Of a stretch of 64,000 nucleotides of DNA, positions 47,839 through 57,374 are shown one piece after another (the stretch's first letter is position 1; every line of letters starts with the position of its first letter). The DNA is from Nibricoccus sp. (GTDB lineage: Bacteria; Verrucomicrobiota; Verrucomicrobiia; Opitutales; Opitutaceae). The notes beneath the pieces are model-generated. The model was not told the origin of the DNA and did no database searches. It saw nothing but the letters and a program-made list of their open reading frames with translations. The stretch lies in contig JASGHG010000001.1 of the NCBI GenBank assembly GCA_047602425.1, positions 3,104,001 to 3,168,000 of the forward strand. The letters run 5' to 3'. The position numbers and the translations under genes are program-made.

Positions 47839-48894
47839 TCAGCTTTTGGCGCTGTTGAGCGGTCCGGCTGCGAGCTGGCTCCAAAGGGCTACGGCTTTTT
47901 CGTTGAGAATTTCGCGGGCGCGTTTCACTTCGGCGGTGCGGGCGGCGAGGTTTTCCTCCGCGATCTTGGCGAGGTCGTCGAGGTTGTAGAGAAACACGTT
48001 TTCATGTCCCGCGGCGGCGGGGTCGACGTCGCGCGGCAGGGCGAGATCGATGAAGAAGAGCGGTCGTGCGCGGCGTTGTTTCATCGCGGCGTGAATGACC
48101 TCGGCGGTAACGACGACTTGAGGCGCTGCAGTGGAGCAAACAACGATATCGAAATCGTGGAGACGCGCGGCCCATTGTTCGAACGGCAGGGCAGTGGCAC
48201 CCAGCGTACTCGCGAGCTCCATGGCACGCTCAAGGCGGCGGCTGGCGACGGTAAGGTCTTTCGCGCCGCGACTTTGAAAAGCCTTGGCGGTCTTGTCGCC
48301 GATCTCGCCGGCGCCGAGGAGAAGAATGCGCGCTTCGCCTAGTTGACCGAAAATTTTTGTGGCGAGATCAACCGCGACGTTGGCCACGCTGATCTGGCCC
48401 TCGGTGATGGCGGTGTGTGTGCGAATGTATTTCGCGTATTGAAAGGTTTTTTGGAAAACGCGATTGAGGACGGGGCCGGTGCTGTGACGGGTCTGGGCGG
48501 CGGCGTACGCGTCCTTTACCTGGCCGAGAATCTCGGTTTCACCGAGCATCTGCGAATCGAGCCCGGAGCAGACCTCGATCAAATGTTCAATGGCTTCGCG
48601 GTTTTGCGCGTGATGGCGGATGGAGGCGAATTCCTCCTCGGAAAAGCCCTGGAAGGCGCAGAAGGCGGCTTGGAGCTTGGCGATGGTTGCGGGATTTTCC
48701 GCGCAGCCGTAAAACTCAACGCGATTGCACGTATTGAGCACGGCATGTTCGCGCAGACCGGGCAACTGGCCGAGCTGGGCGAGAAAGGCGTTCATCTTGT
48801 CCGGGGTGAGCGCAAGTTTTTCGCGCAACTCAATGGGCGTACGATGATGATTCGCGCCAAGGATGAAGAGCGTGGAAGCTGGCTGGTCGCTCAT
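47839..48894 (-). CDS. hemA: Glutamyl-tRNA reductase (short form)
   Basis: TCNRVE, GLDS..GETEILGQ, GAGEIG and DLALPRDVD motifs. Confidence 0.95.
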   Translation of the reverse strand: MSDQPASTLFILGANHHRTPIELREKLALTPDKMNAFLAQLGQLPGLREHAVLNTCNRVEFYGCAENPATIAKLQAAFCAFQGFSEEEFASIRHHAQNREAIEHLIEVCSGLDSQMLGETEILGQVKDAYAAAQTRHSTGPVLNRVFQKTFQYAKYIRTHTAITEGQISVANVAVDLATKIFGQLGEARILLLGAGEIGDKTAKAFQSRGAKDLTVASRRLERAMELASTLGATALPFEQWAARLHDFDIVVCSTAAPQVVVTAEVIHAAMKQRRARPLFFIDLALPRDVDPAAAGHENVFLYNLDDLAKIAEENLAARTAEVKRAREILNEKAVALWSQLAAGPLNSAKS

Positions 48895-49739
48895 GATTGG
48901 CTGGCGGATTGCGGAGCGGGCAGGGGCTTGCGGCTGGAGTTCACAACGTGCAGGGAGAAAAGCGCGGCGATGAAGAGCGTGATGCAGACCCAGGCGAGCC
49001 GCTTCGTGATAAGGAGTCCGCGCCAGCGAAAGCCGAGGGTGGCGGCGTAGGCGAACCAGATTATACCGGTAACAAGTATCTTGAGCCTGAGGTGCTCGAC
49101 GCTGGCGGGGTCCTGGCGGAAATAAACGTACCCGACGGCGAGCGACGCGCTCAGAATGGTCACGCCGGCCGTAAGCAGGCGAACATTGATATGGTCGAGA
49201 TCGACGACCGATGGCAAAAACGAGAAGAGCCCGCGCAAGCGGTGGCGTTGCAGGCTGAAGACCTGAAGCAGGTACATGATCGAGGTGAGCGCAAGCAGCG
49301 CGAAGACGCCGTAGCTGAAAATCGCAAGCGCGGCATGAAACTCAATCCAGGCATTACCGCCAAAAGCGTTGAAGCGGTGAACTGCGTCCCACGTTGGAAT
49401 GAGCAGCGAAACACAGGAAAGTATGGCGGACAGGCAGGCCGTAAAATAGCCCAGCAGGCTGAGGCGGAAAGTCGGGCCGATGACCAGATAGAGTGAAGTC
49501 GCCGACCAGGCGGTGAACTGGAAAATTTCGAATTGGTTGCCAATCGGGCAGCCATGCACAGCGCGACCGCGAAGGCCGAGGCCGTAGGTTTGCAAGGCGA
49601 AGCCGGCGGCGATCAAGAAATACATCCATGCGCGGGAATGGCGACGCTCGCGCAGCAGCGCGACAGTGCCGAGAGTGAAGCCAGCCAGATAGAGGAGGGC
49701 TGCACCCCAAAGCCAGGATCGGTCGATGAGGAAAGACAT
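48891..49739 (-). CDS. CcsA/HemX-like membrane protein
   Basis: About 8 TMs, W..FHAALA..SYG and LPS...LD motifs; ATGA coupling to hemA. Confidence 0.8.
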   Translation of the reverse strand: MSFLIDRSWLWGAALLYLAGFTLGTVALLRERRHSRAWMYFLIAAGFALQTYGLGLRGRAVHGCPIGNQFEIFQFTAWSATSLYLVIGPTFRLSLLGYFTACLSAILSCVSLLIPTWDAVHRFNAFGGNAWIEFHAALAIFSYGVFALLALTSIMYLLQVFSLQRHRLRGLFSFLPSVVDLDHINVRLLTAGVTILSASLAVGYVYFRQDPASVEHLRLKILVTGIIWFAYAATLGFRWRGLLITKRLAWVCITLFIAALFSLHVVNSSRKPLPAPQSASQS

Positions 49740-49830
49740 GTGGACCGACCAGCGTGTTCACGGCCGGGTAAAGCGCAAGTATTGGTAAAGGGCCACGGAG
49801 ATAGGCGCGACGATTCGATTTCCGCCCGCA

Positions 49831-49866
49831 ACAAAAAATCCGCCCCGGGTAAATCCGAGGCGGGCG
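49831..49866 (-). terminator. Terminator after GH48
   Basis: Minus strand CCGCCTCGG-ATTTAC-CCGGGGCGG followed by ATTTTTTGTT. Confidence 0.8.
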
Positions 49867-49910
49867 AGAAGAGCGGAACAAGTTAAAGAGCCGCTGAGGA
49901 GCGAGCTATT

Positions 49911-52670
49911 TTACTGAGATCCATTGGCCTCGAAGTGAGACCAGGGGAAAGAACCGACGTAATGGATGTAGTACTTGCCGTTGATCTTAGCGGGCATGCT
50001 ATTGGACCAACGGTTGGTGTAATTGACACCGTTGATCTCGAGCAGCTGGAGATTCCAGCTGTTGACATAGTTGATGGTGCCCGACGTTTCCCAACAGAAC
50101 TCTCCAGCGCCATCCTTGGCAAAACTGAGCGTGATCGCGACCGGATTGGCGCAGGGCGTGGTTGCAACCGGAGTGACAGTGATGGCCGAAGACGCGGTGA
50201 AGCCGCCGCTTTGCGTAGTGGCGGTGATGGTGGCCGAACCAGCCGCTACACCCGTAACGACGCCCGAACTGTTGACAGTGGCGACGCTGGTGTTGCTGGA
50301 AGACCAGGTGACCGTCTTGTTCGTGGCATTGCTTGGCGAAACCGTGGCGGTCAGCGTGGTGGTGGCACCGACGTTCACCGAAGCGGAAGTCGGGGCAACG
50401 GTCACGCCGGTGACGGGCACGACGACATTGGTGACGGTGATGGCCGAGGAAGCGGTGAAGCCGCCGTCCTGCGTCGTGACGGTGACCATGGTGGAACCGG
50501 CCATGGAACCGGTGACCACGCCGGAATTGCTGACGGATGCAACCGCGGGATTATTCGAAGTCCAAGTGACCGCCTTGTTGGTGGCGTTGCTCGGTGAAAC
50601 CGTTGCGACCAACGTCGTCGTGCTGCCCAGATTCACTGTCGCCGAGGTCGGCGCGACGGTTACGCCGGTGACCGGCACATTCGTGACAGGAGTGCCGAAG
50701 AAGCGTCCATATTCCGCGTTGGCAATGGCGATGGAAGCCTGCGCCCAGAAACGATGGTACGCTTTTTTGTAATCCGTGCCGCTGTTGTAGGCGGTGACGA
50801 GCGCGGCCCAGTCCGGATCGCTGCGATACTTGGAACGGATGTCGATGAACTTTACGCCAGGTACAATCACATCGCCGTTCGCCATTTTGCCGGACCAGCC
50901 GGTGGGAATATAAACGGTCTGGTCGAAGAAGCGGCGGAAGTCCGCGCGACTCTCCGTCACGGCGACGCCTTTGCCGTTGGGCTCATAATATTTTGTCCAC
51001 ATGCGATCGAGGATCTGTTGAGCGAGATCGCGGGAAGCCGTGTCGAGCGTGCCCCAGCGCTGGGTCGCGGCGGCATAGTAGGTGAAAGTCTGGGCGAGCG
51101 CCGCGGCGATACCCAGGTCGGTGCCATAGCTAGCAACATTGACGTGCAGGCCGGTGTTGGCGGTGGGACTGGCGGGAACCCACGTGTTGGGCGCGCCGCT
51201 CCAGCCGATTTCACTGGGAATCTGAAAACCACCGTCGGACGTGAGCTGAACCACGGATTTGGCCCAAGCGATCCATTTGTCGAGAACGGCCTTGGCGCGG
51301 GCATTGTTCGAGACGTAGTAGTATTCGGCGACGCGTTCCATCGACCAGGCTTGCATGCCGAACCAAGTGTTACTACCCGGGTCGTGATAGACGGGATTTT
51401 CCTGGTAGGCCATGCCATAGAAAGTCGGCGTGCCGGAGGGATACGGATCGTAGTTGCCATTCAAGCTGTTGGTGGCGCCGCCCGCGATCGCGCCTTCTGC
51501 GGACTGCAGCCATTGATAAAACTCGAGCTGGCGGGTCAGGCTTTGACCCCAGTCGCGAGCGCCGTTGGTGGAAGCCGGACGCAGATCCGTCGTGGCACTG
51601 AGCGCGTACGCGGCGAGCGGATTTTGGTAACCGAAATGGTTGTGGCTGCAACCAATTCGCCAGGCCCAACCCTGTGAAGTGAGCGGACCGCCCCAGGCGT
51701 AATACCAGGACAGAAGGTAGTGGGCGCTATTGTAGCCGGTGCCACCGGGGCCGGTCTTGCTCTGCGAACCGATCGGCTTGAAATATTTGTCGAACATGGC
51801 GAGGCGGATGAAGTCGCCCATCTTCGCGGCTTTGGCCACCGGCAGCGTCGTCGCGGGATTCAGGCCCTGATTGCGGGCGAATTGCACACCCCAATAAATC
51901 GCCTGCACCGCGCGGGCGTCGGCGTCCGGCGCGTTGGTGTAACGCCACTGGGCTGCGGGAGCGGAAGTTTCGCTGATAAAGAGCCGGAGAAAGCCCGTGC
52001 CATCGTTGGAACCCCATTTGAAATTTTCCCAACTGGGATGAGGAACCGTTTCCCAGACGGACTCCTGCTCGCCGCGTTGAAACGTATTGATGTAGGAAGG
52101 CGTGCTGACGCCATCGCCCTTTTTGCCATAACCGTAGAAGTTATCGCAATCGAAGAGCCAGTGCATGCCATAGATATTCGATCCATAGGCGGCGGTGAGA
52201 TCGGGCGAGACCGGATCGACGCCGACAGGCACCGTGCTTTCCAATGGCGATGGGTAGTTGTTCGGTAGCGGGAATTCCCGCGCGAACGTCGCTGGGGCAT
52301 TCGGATTGTAGCTGCCGGTGGTTGGCTGGAGATCGGAGGTGGGAATCGCATACGCCTCCATCTTGGTCCAGGCATTGTTGAGCGGGGTCCAGTTGCCGGT
52401 GATTCTTCCGTTCATAACCTCAAGCCAGAGCCAATACGAATAGGCCTCGCTGGTGGTTTCATGGCCGTGGTCGGGCGCTTCGCAAATCAACGTCTCCACG
52501 CTATGATAGGGGACGCCATCCTTGCTGAAATAACCATTGGCGGGGTTTACGATTTTTGCGCGCAAATCGAGAAAGCGCTGTTCATAGGTGTTTTGTTGCG
52601 AGAAGGCTGTGGAGCCGACGATGCAGGCGAGGCCCAGCGTGGCCGCCAGGGTGCGCAGATATTTTTTCAT
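49911..52670 (-). CDS. GH48 cellulase with two Ig-like (Big_2) domains and CBM64-like module
   Basis: Signal peptide; [49 protein letters not shown] and YHRFWAQ motifs. Confidence 0.95.
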   Translation of the reverse strand: MKKYLRTLAATLGLACIVGSTAFSQQNTYEQRFLDLRAKIVNPANGYFSKDGVPYHSVETLICEAPDHGHETTSEAYSYWLWLEVMNGRITGNWTPLNNAWTKMEAYAIPTSDLQPTTGSYNPNAPATFAREFPLPNNYPSPLESTVPVGVDPVSPDLTAAYGSNIYGMHWLFDCDNFYGYGKKGDGVSTPSYINTFQRGEQESVWETVPHPSWENFKWGSNDGTGFLRLFISETSAPAAQWRYTNAPDADARAVQAIYWGVQFARNQGLNPATTLPVAKAAKMGDFIRLAMFDKYFKPIGSQSKTGPGGTGYNSAHYLLSWYYAWGGPLTSQGWAWRIGCSHNHFGYQNPLAAYALSATTDLRPASTNGARDWGQSLTRQLEFYQWLQSAEGAIAGGATNSLNGNYDPYPSGTPTFYGMAYQENPVYHDPGSNTWFGMQAWSMERVAEYYYVSNNARAKAVLDKWIAWAKSVVQLTSDGGFQIPSEIGWSGAPNTWVPASPTANTGLHVNVASYGTDLGIAAALAQTFTYYAAATQRWGTLDTASRDLAQQILDRMWTKYYEPNGKGVAVTESRADFRRFFDQTVYIPTGWSGKMANGDVIVPGVKFIDIRSKYRSDPDWAALVTAYNSGTDYKKAYHRFWAQASIAIANAEYGRFFGTPVTNVPVTGVTVAPTSATVNLGSTTTLVATVSPSNATNKAVTWTSNNPAVASVSNSGVVTGSMAGSTMVTVTTQDGGFTASSAITVTNVVVPVTGVTVAPTSASVNVGATTTLTATVSPSNATNKTVTWSSSNTSVATVNSSGVVTGVAAGSATITATTQSGGFTASSAITVTPVATTPCANPVAITLSFAKDGAGEFCWETSGTINYVNSWNLQLLEINGVNYTNRWSNSMPAKINGKYYIHYVGSFPWSHFEANGSQ

Positions 52671-53647
52671 AACAGCTATCAGTTGATGGTTAGTGATAAG
52701 GTGTGGTTGCACCGCGTATATGAGGCGGCCCGCAGCACCCGTTGTCGCCAGAGGGAAGGCCGAACGAGTCGGCACGGAAAATTTTCAAAACGGGAACCCC
52801 AATGCCCGCCCCGGGAAAATCCGAGGCGGGCGGGAACGGGAAACGTTTTTATAACTCGCGCAGGAGCGAGGCGTTTTTACTGAGAGCCATTGGCCTCGAA
52901 GTGAGACCAGGGGAAAGAACCGACATAGTGGATGTAGTACTTGCCGTTGATCTTCGCGGGCATGCTATTGGACCAACGATTGGTGTAATTGACGCCGTTG
53001 ATCTCGAGCAGCTGGAGATTCCAGCTGTTGACGTAGTTGATGGTGCCCGACGTTTCCCAACAGAACTCTCCAGCGCCATCCTTGGCAAAACTGAGCGTGA
53101 TCGCGACCGGATTGGAGCAAGGCGTGGTTGCAACCGGAGTCACGGTGATGGCCGAAGAGGCGGTGAAGCCGCCGCTTTGCGTGGTGGCGGTGATGGTAGC
53201 CGAACCAGCCGCTACACTTGTAACGACGCCCGAACTGTTGACAGTGGCGACACTGGTGTTGCTGGAAGACCAGGTGACGGTCTTGTTGGTGGCATTGCTC
53301 GGCGAAACGGTCGCGGTCAACGTGGTGGTGGCGCCAACGTTTACCGAAGCGGAAGTCGGGGAAACGGTCACACCGGTGACGGGCACGACAACATTGGTGA
53401 CGGTGATCGCTGAGGAAGCGGTGAAGCCGCCATCCTGCGTCGTGACGGTGACCATGGTGGAGCCGGCCATGGAACCGGTGACCACGCCGGAATTGCTGAC
53501 GGACGCGACGGCAGGATTATTCGAAGTCCAAGTGACGGCCTTGTTCGTGGCAGTGCTCGGTGAAACGGTTGCGACCAACGTCGTCGTGTTGCCCAGATTC
53601 ACGGTCGCCGACGTCGGCGCGACGCTGACTCCTGTCACAGGAACGTT
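49911..53647. repeat. Near-identical 771-bp duplicated 3' ends (49911-50681 and 52877-53647)
   Basis: Colinear at offset 2966; I count 6 amino-acid differences over 256 residues. Confidence 0.92.
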
Positions 53648-55573
53648 GACGACGGGCGAGGGTGTCTGGCCCCAGACCAACGTACCGTTCACATAAAGCG
53701 GAATATTATTCGTATTCTTTAAAGTGCCATCAAGACCCTGATACGACCAGTCGTTGGTTGGGCTCCACGCAGCGGCCGGAGCTTCGTAGGGCAACCTGAC
53801 GCGGATTTGGGCCTCCTTGGTGGATTCGCCCTGGCCGCCCGGCCAGATGTCGACGCTCGATTGGAAAATTACCTCTGTGTAATAGATGTTGTTGGCTGCA
53901 TCCCACGGTTGCAATTGGGTGAACGTCACGTAGGCATTGTTGGCTGAAACGACATAGCTGCTCGCCGTATAGCCTGCGGCGAGGCCTTCGCTAATGTTCA
54001 CGAATATACGGAATTTATATTGGCTTGCCGTCCGGGCCGGCCACGCCGTGTGGTTGTTCACCCAGACAGAATATTCGGTGTAGGTGGTTCCCGAACCATT
54101 AAGCCGAGCCTGAACGGTGAATTCTTCGCTCGGCGTTTCCGCGACCGGGAAGTTCGCGAGAGGAGTCCCACCAAAATCCTGGACAAGTTTTGCCAAGGCT
54201 CCGGAAAACAGAGCGTTATAATCGCAGGCGACTTCGTTTTTAGTATAGTCGCCCCGTGAATCGGCGTAGGAATCGTCCGAGCCCGGTCCGCCGACAAGCG
54301 CGCCGTAGAGGATATGGCGGGTGTTGGATGGAGGGCCGTTCAAATTGTTGGCCCAAGCGCCATGCGCCGTCCGGTGGTGAGGGTTGACGGGTGGATTGGT
54401 GCCGAAGCCGCAGACATAGCTGCGGTTTTGCGGATTGCTGCCGAGAATATACTTAATCTGATTGACGGCGAAATTGTAGTATTTTGTCGCCTTGGCGGTG
54501 GTTGTTGCAACGGGTTGATAGTACAAAGCGACAAAGGCCGTATTCGCCGCGTAACGCAGCGAGCCCCATTGATCCAGCCACGCCAGCCCGCCCGGTGTGT
54601 AGGTGATGCGGGAGCCATTGTAGCCGTCGGTCCAATAGTCGAGGTTCCGCTCCGCATCGGTTTTGTACTGCGCCTTGCCAGTCAAGCGGGCGAGCAGGGC
54701 ATAGCAGCCGTAGGACTTGTCATCCCAGCCAAGTCCCCAGCGATAGGACTTAGTCGTGGATTGTGGTTCGGTTCCGAGATTGGCATAGTAGGACTCGGCC
54801 TTGGCGAGATAGGTGGCATCGCCAGTGGCGCGATAGAGCCAGATCGCGCCCCAGACCAACTCGTCGTTGTAACCGCTGTAGGAATTATAGTAACCGGCCG
54901 CGTCAGTAATGGCGCCGGTGTATACGCCGCGATAGGTATCGGCGAAACTATATAGTTGTTTTGCGTGGTTCAGGAGGGTGGCGCTATAGGTCGGATCGTC
55001 GGAAGCGAAGACCATGCTTGCGGCGGCCATGGCGGCGGCGGTCTCCGCAGCCAGGTCCGAGCCGGGATGGGCCGCATCGATTTTATAGGCGGGACGGGTC
55101 ATTCGCATCACCTCACAAGATCCCCACCAAGCATGATCCGTCCCGCCATTGCCGACCTGCCCCCATAGTTCGTTGGGCGCAGTGTGACAGCGTATAAAAT
55201 AATCGTTCACGAAACGCAGATTGTTTTTCAAATACTGCAATTGCCCTGAGGAAGTGTAGCCCGATGAGAAATCGATCGCGCCCCACGCCAGACAGGTGGC
55301 GGAAAATGCCATGGGGAAACCGAACTTCACATGGTCGCCCGCATCGTACCAGCCGCCCGTGAGGTTGAGGCCGACGTCGGAACCATCGGCGAGCGCGGAA
55401 TTCGCGCGCCAAGTGACACGATGGGTGGACGGCAAGGTGCCCGAACGCTGGGCCTCGTAAAAGAACATCGATTTCTGAAGCGCCTCGGCATAATTGTAAC
55501 TTTGCGCGGTGACTTGTACAAATGTGGCCACGAACAAGCAAAAGGCCACCAGCCTCTTAGTATATGTCTTCAT
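52877..55573 (-). CDS. GH9 endoglucanase with CBM3-like, two Big_2 and CBM64-like modules
   Basis: Signal peptide; GGWYDAGDHVKFG, PHHR, NEVACDYNA and NHTAWPAR...PTNDWSY motifs. Confidence 0.95.
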   Translation of the reverse strand: MKTYTKRLVAFCLFVATFVQVTAQSYNYAEALQKSMFFYEAQRSGTLPSTHRVTWRANSALADGSDVGLNLTGGWYDAGDHVKFGFPMAFSATCLAWGAIDFSSGYTSSGQLQYLKNNLRFVNDYFIRCHTAPNELWGQVGNGGTDHAWWGSCEVMRMTRPAYKIDAAHPGSDLAAETAAAMAAASMVFASDDPTYSATLLNHAKQLYSFADTYRGVYTGAITDAAGYYNSYSGYNDELVWGAIWLYRATGDATYLAKAESYYANLGTEPQSTTKSYRWGLGWDDKSYGCYALLARLTGKAQYKTDAERNLDYWTDGYNGSRITYTPGGLAWLDQWGSLRYAANTAFVALYYQPVATTTAKATKYYNFAVNQIKYILGSNPQNRSYVCGFGTNPPVNPHHRTAHGAWANNLNGPPSNTRHILYGALVGGPGSDDSYADSRGDYTKNEVACDYNALFSGALAKLVQDFGGTPLANFPVAETPSEEFTVQARLNGSGTTYTEYSVWVNNHTAWPARTASQYKFRIFVNISEGLAAGYTASSYVVSANNAYVTFTQLQPWDAANNIYYTEVIFQSSVDIWPGGQGESTKEAQIRVRLPYEAPAAAWSPTNDWSYQGLDGTLKNTNNIPLYVNGTLVWGQTPSPVVNVPVTGVSVAPTSATVNLGNTTTLVATVSPSTATNKAVTWTSNNPAVASVSNSGVVTGSMAGSTMVTVTTQDGGFTASSAITVTNVVVPVTGVTVSPTSASVNVGATTTLTATVSPSNATNKTVTWSSSNTSVATVNSSGVVTSVAAGSATITATTQSGGFTASSAITVTPVATTPCSNPVAITLSFAKDGAGEFCWETSGTINYVNSWNLQLLEINGVNYTNRWSNSMPAKINGKYYIHYVGSFPWSHFEANGSQ

Positions 55574-55868
55574 GACTAACGGGGGTTGAGGGTTGTATAA
55601 TCCGCAGACGGTTTGTTGGGAAACCCACAACAGGAACGGCCAAAGCAAAATGGTCACTCCCCCGCCATGCTAGATCATGAACGTGTCCTCTTTGAGCAAT
55701 CCGTCAAAAGGCATTCCAGTCTGTCGTTAGAGCAAAGTGTTTTATTACCTGACAATAAAATTATATAACGCACCGCACACTCGTACGATGGCGCTGCGTT
55801 TCAGACAATATACAACCGGCGCTTTCCATCGCTGCGCGCTGCCGGCGCCGAGAAAGGCGCATCCCGAT

Positions 55869-56753
55869 TCAGGGTTTGTTCGCGGCGGTCGGGCCGAGGC
55901 GCTTCAACGCTTCACGCGCGCGATCGAACGCGGGATTAAGCCGAAGGGTTTCCTCGTAGTGTGAGCAGGCTTCGGCGTTGACGCCTTTTTTTTCCAGAAT
56001 TTGTGCCAGGCGCCAGTGAGCGGCCCAGAGCGGCGGTTCGCCGGACTTGGGGGTGTAGGCGACGTACTCTTTCAACGCGTTTTCTCCCTCGTCGAGATGC
56101 AGATCAGTCATGGCTGCGAGCCGTCCGTATTGGTAGAGCACGACTTGATTGCTGGGAAATTTCTTTCGCAAGTCGTCTAGAATCGCGAAGGCTTCATCCG
56201 GTTTCTTTTCCTTGAGCTTGATGTCCGTGCGAAGGCCCGCGCCCTGGACGGGATCGCGTTTTTCGATTTCGGCAATCTCTGCGACTGCCTTGTCCATGCC
56301 TCCACCGACTATCGAGGGAGCCGCGCGATAGAATTCGTATCGGGATTTTCGATACTCGACGTTGTCGGGCGCAAGCGCGACCGCGCGGTCGTAGGCGGCA
56401 AGACACTTCTTGGCGAGGCCCATCTGGGAAAAGATCGACGCTTTCTGCGCGGAAACGCCATAGGCATCGCCGAGCTGGTGGAAATAGCGTGGCTGGTTCG
56501 CATCGCCGGCGGTTGCTTTTTCAAGATAGCGCACGGCGGCCTCGTGGTCTTTCAAGTTCAGAGCCGTGAGGCCGAGCCAGTAGTTGAGTTCCGCATCATT
56601 GGGCTCGGCGACGGCGAGTTTTTCGAAAAGGGCCTTAGCCTCGGTCAACTGGCGTTTCTGAAAAAGCTGTTTGCCATTGTCCAGCGCGGCCGGGTCGTAG
56701 GCGAACACGGAGGTTGTCAGGACGAAGAAAAGCAGTGTCGGTCTGAGAGGCAT
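55869..56753 (-). CDS. Secreted TPR protein
   Basis: Signal peptide, TPRs, AP.IVGG..DKA motif. Confidence 0.8.
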   Translation of the reverse strand: MPLRPTLLFFVLTTSVFAYDPAALDNGKQLFQKRQLTEAKALFEKLAVAEPNDAELNYWLGLTALNLKDHEAAVRYLEKATAGDANQPRYFHQLGDAYGVSAQKASIFSQMGLAKKCLAAYDRAVALAPDNVEYRKSRYEFYRAAPSIVGGGMDKAVAEIAEIEKRDPVQGAGLRTDIKLKEKKPDEAFAILDDLRKKFPSNQVVLYQYGRLAAMTDLHLDEGENALKEYVAYTPKSGEPPLWAAHWRLAQILEKKGVNAEACSHYEETLRLNPAFDRAREALKRLGPTAANKP

Positions 56754-56811
56754 GGAGGTGAGGGCGGAAAAGGAGCGGCGAGTTTGTCGACAGTGAGGCG
56801 CAGACTTTTGT

Positions 56812-57312
56812 TCAAAACAAAAGCTCCATATAAACGACATCCAGCCAGCGATCGCACTTGAAGCCGACTTGTTTCAAATGGGCGACTTTCTGAAAACCGA
56901 ATTTCGAATGCAGCGCGATGCTGCCAGCCTGTTCGCTGTCGATGCCGGCGATGATCGTGTGATGACCCAAGGCCTTCGCGCGTGCGACGAGATCACCGAG
57001 GATTGCGGTGCCGATGCCTTGAGCCTGATGCTGGTGGTGGACATAGACAGAGTTTTCGACCGTGAAGCGATAAGCCGAGCGGGCATGGAATTTCGAGAGC
57101 GATCCCCAACCGACGATCCGTCCGTCTATGCACGCGACCGTAACAGGATAGTTTCCCCCGTGTTGCTCGAACCATTTTCGGCGGTCGTCCAGCGATTCGG
57201 GAACCTCCTGATAGGTGCAAACGGAATTTAAAACGTAGTGGTTGTAAATATCGTTGATCACACCGAGGTCGGCGGCGGTCGCTTCGCGTATCGCACAGGG
57301 TGACTTATTCAT
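56812..57312 (-). CDS. GNAT N-acetyltransferase (Pat/YncA-like)
   Basis: IYNHYV, AYRFTVENSVY, QGIG and VGFK.DRWLD motifs. Confidence 0.92.
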   Translation of the reverse strand: MNKSPCAIREATAADLGVINDIYNHYVLNSVCTYQEVPESLDDRRKWFEQHGGNYPVTVACIDGRIVGWGSLSKFHARSAYRFTVENSVYVHHQHQAQGIGTAILGDLVARAKALGHHTIIAGIDSEQAGSIALHSKFGFQKVAHLKQVGFKCDRWLDVVYMELLF

Positions 57313-57374
57313 GCAATCATCGTTGGGAGTTTACCGGCGGGACGAAAGTCCGAAGCGAACAAAATGCCGAGAAG

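Noticed and set aside
50071..53696. Val/Thr-rich plus-strand ORFs at 50071-50772 and 53037-53696
   Set aside because: Antisense mirror of the Thr/Val-rich Ig domains.
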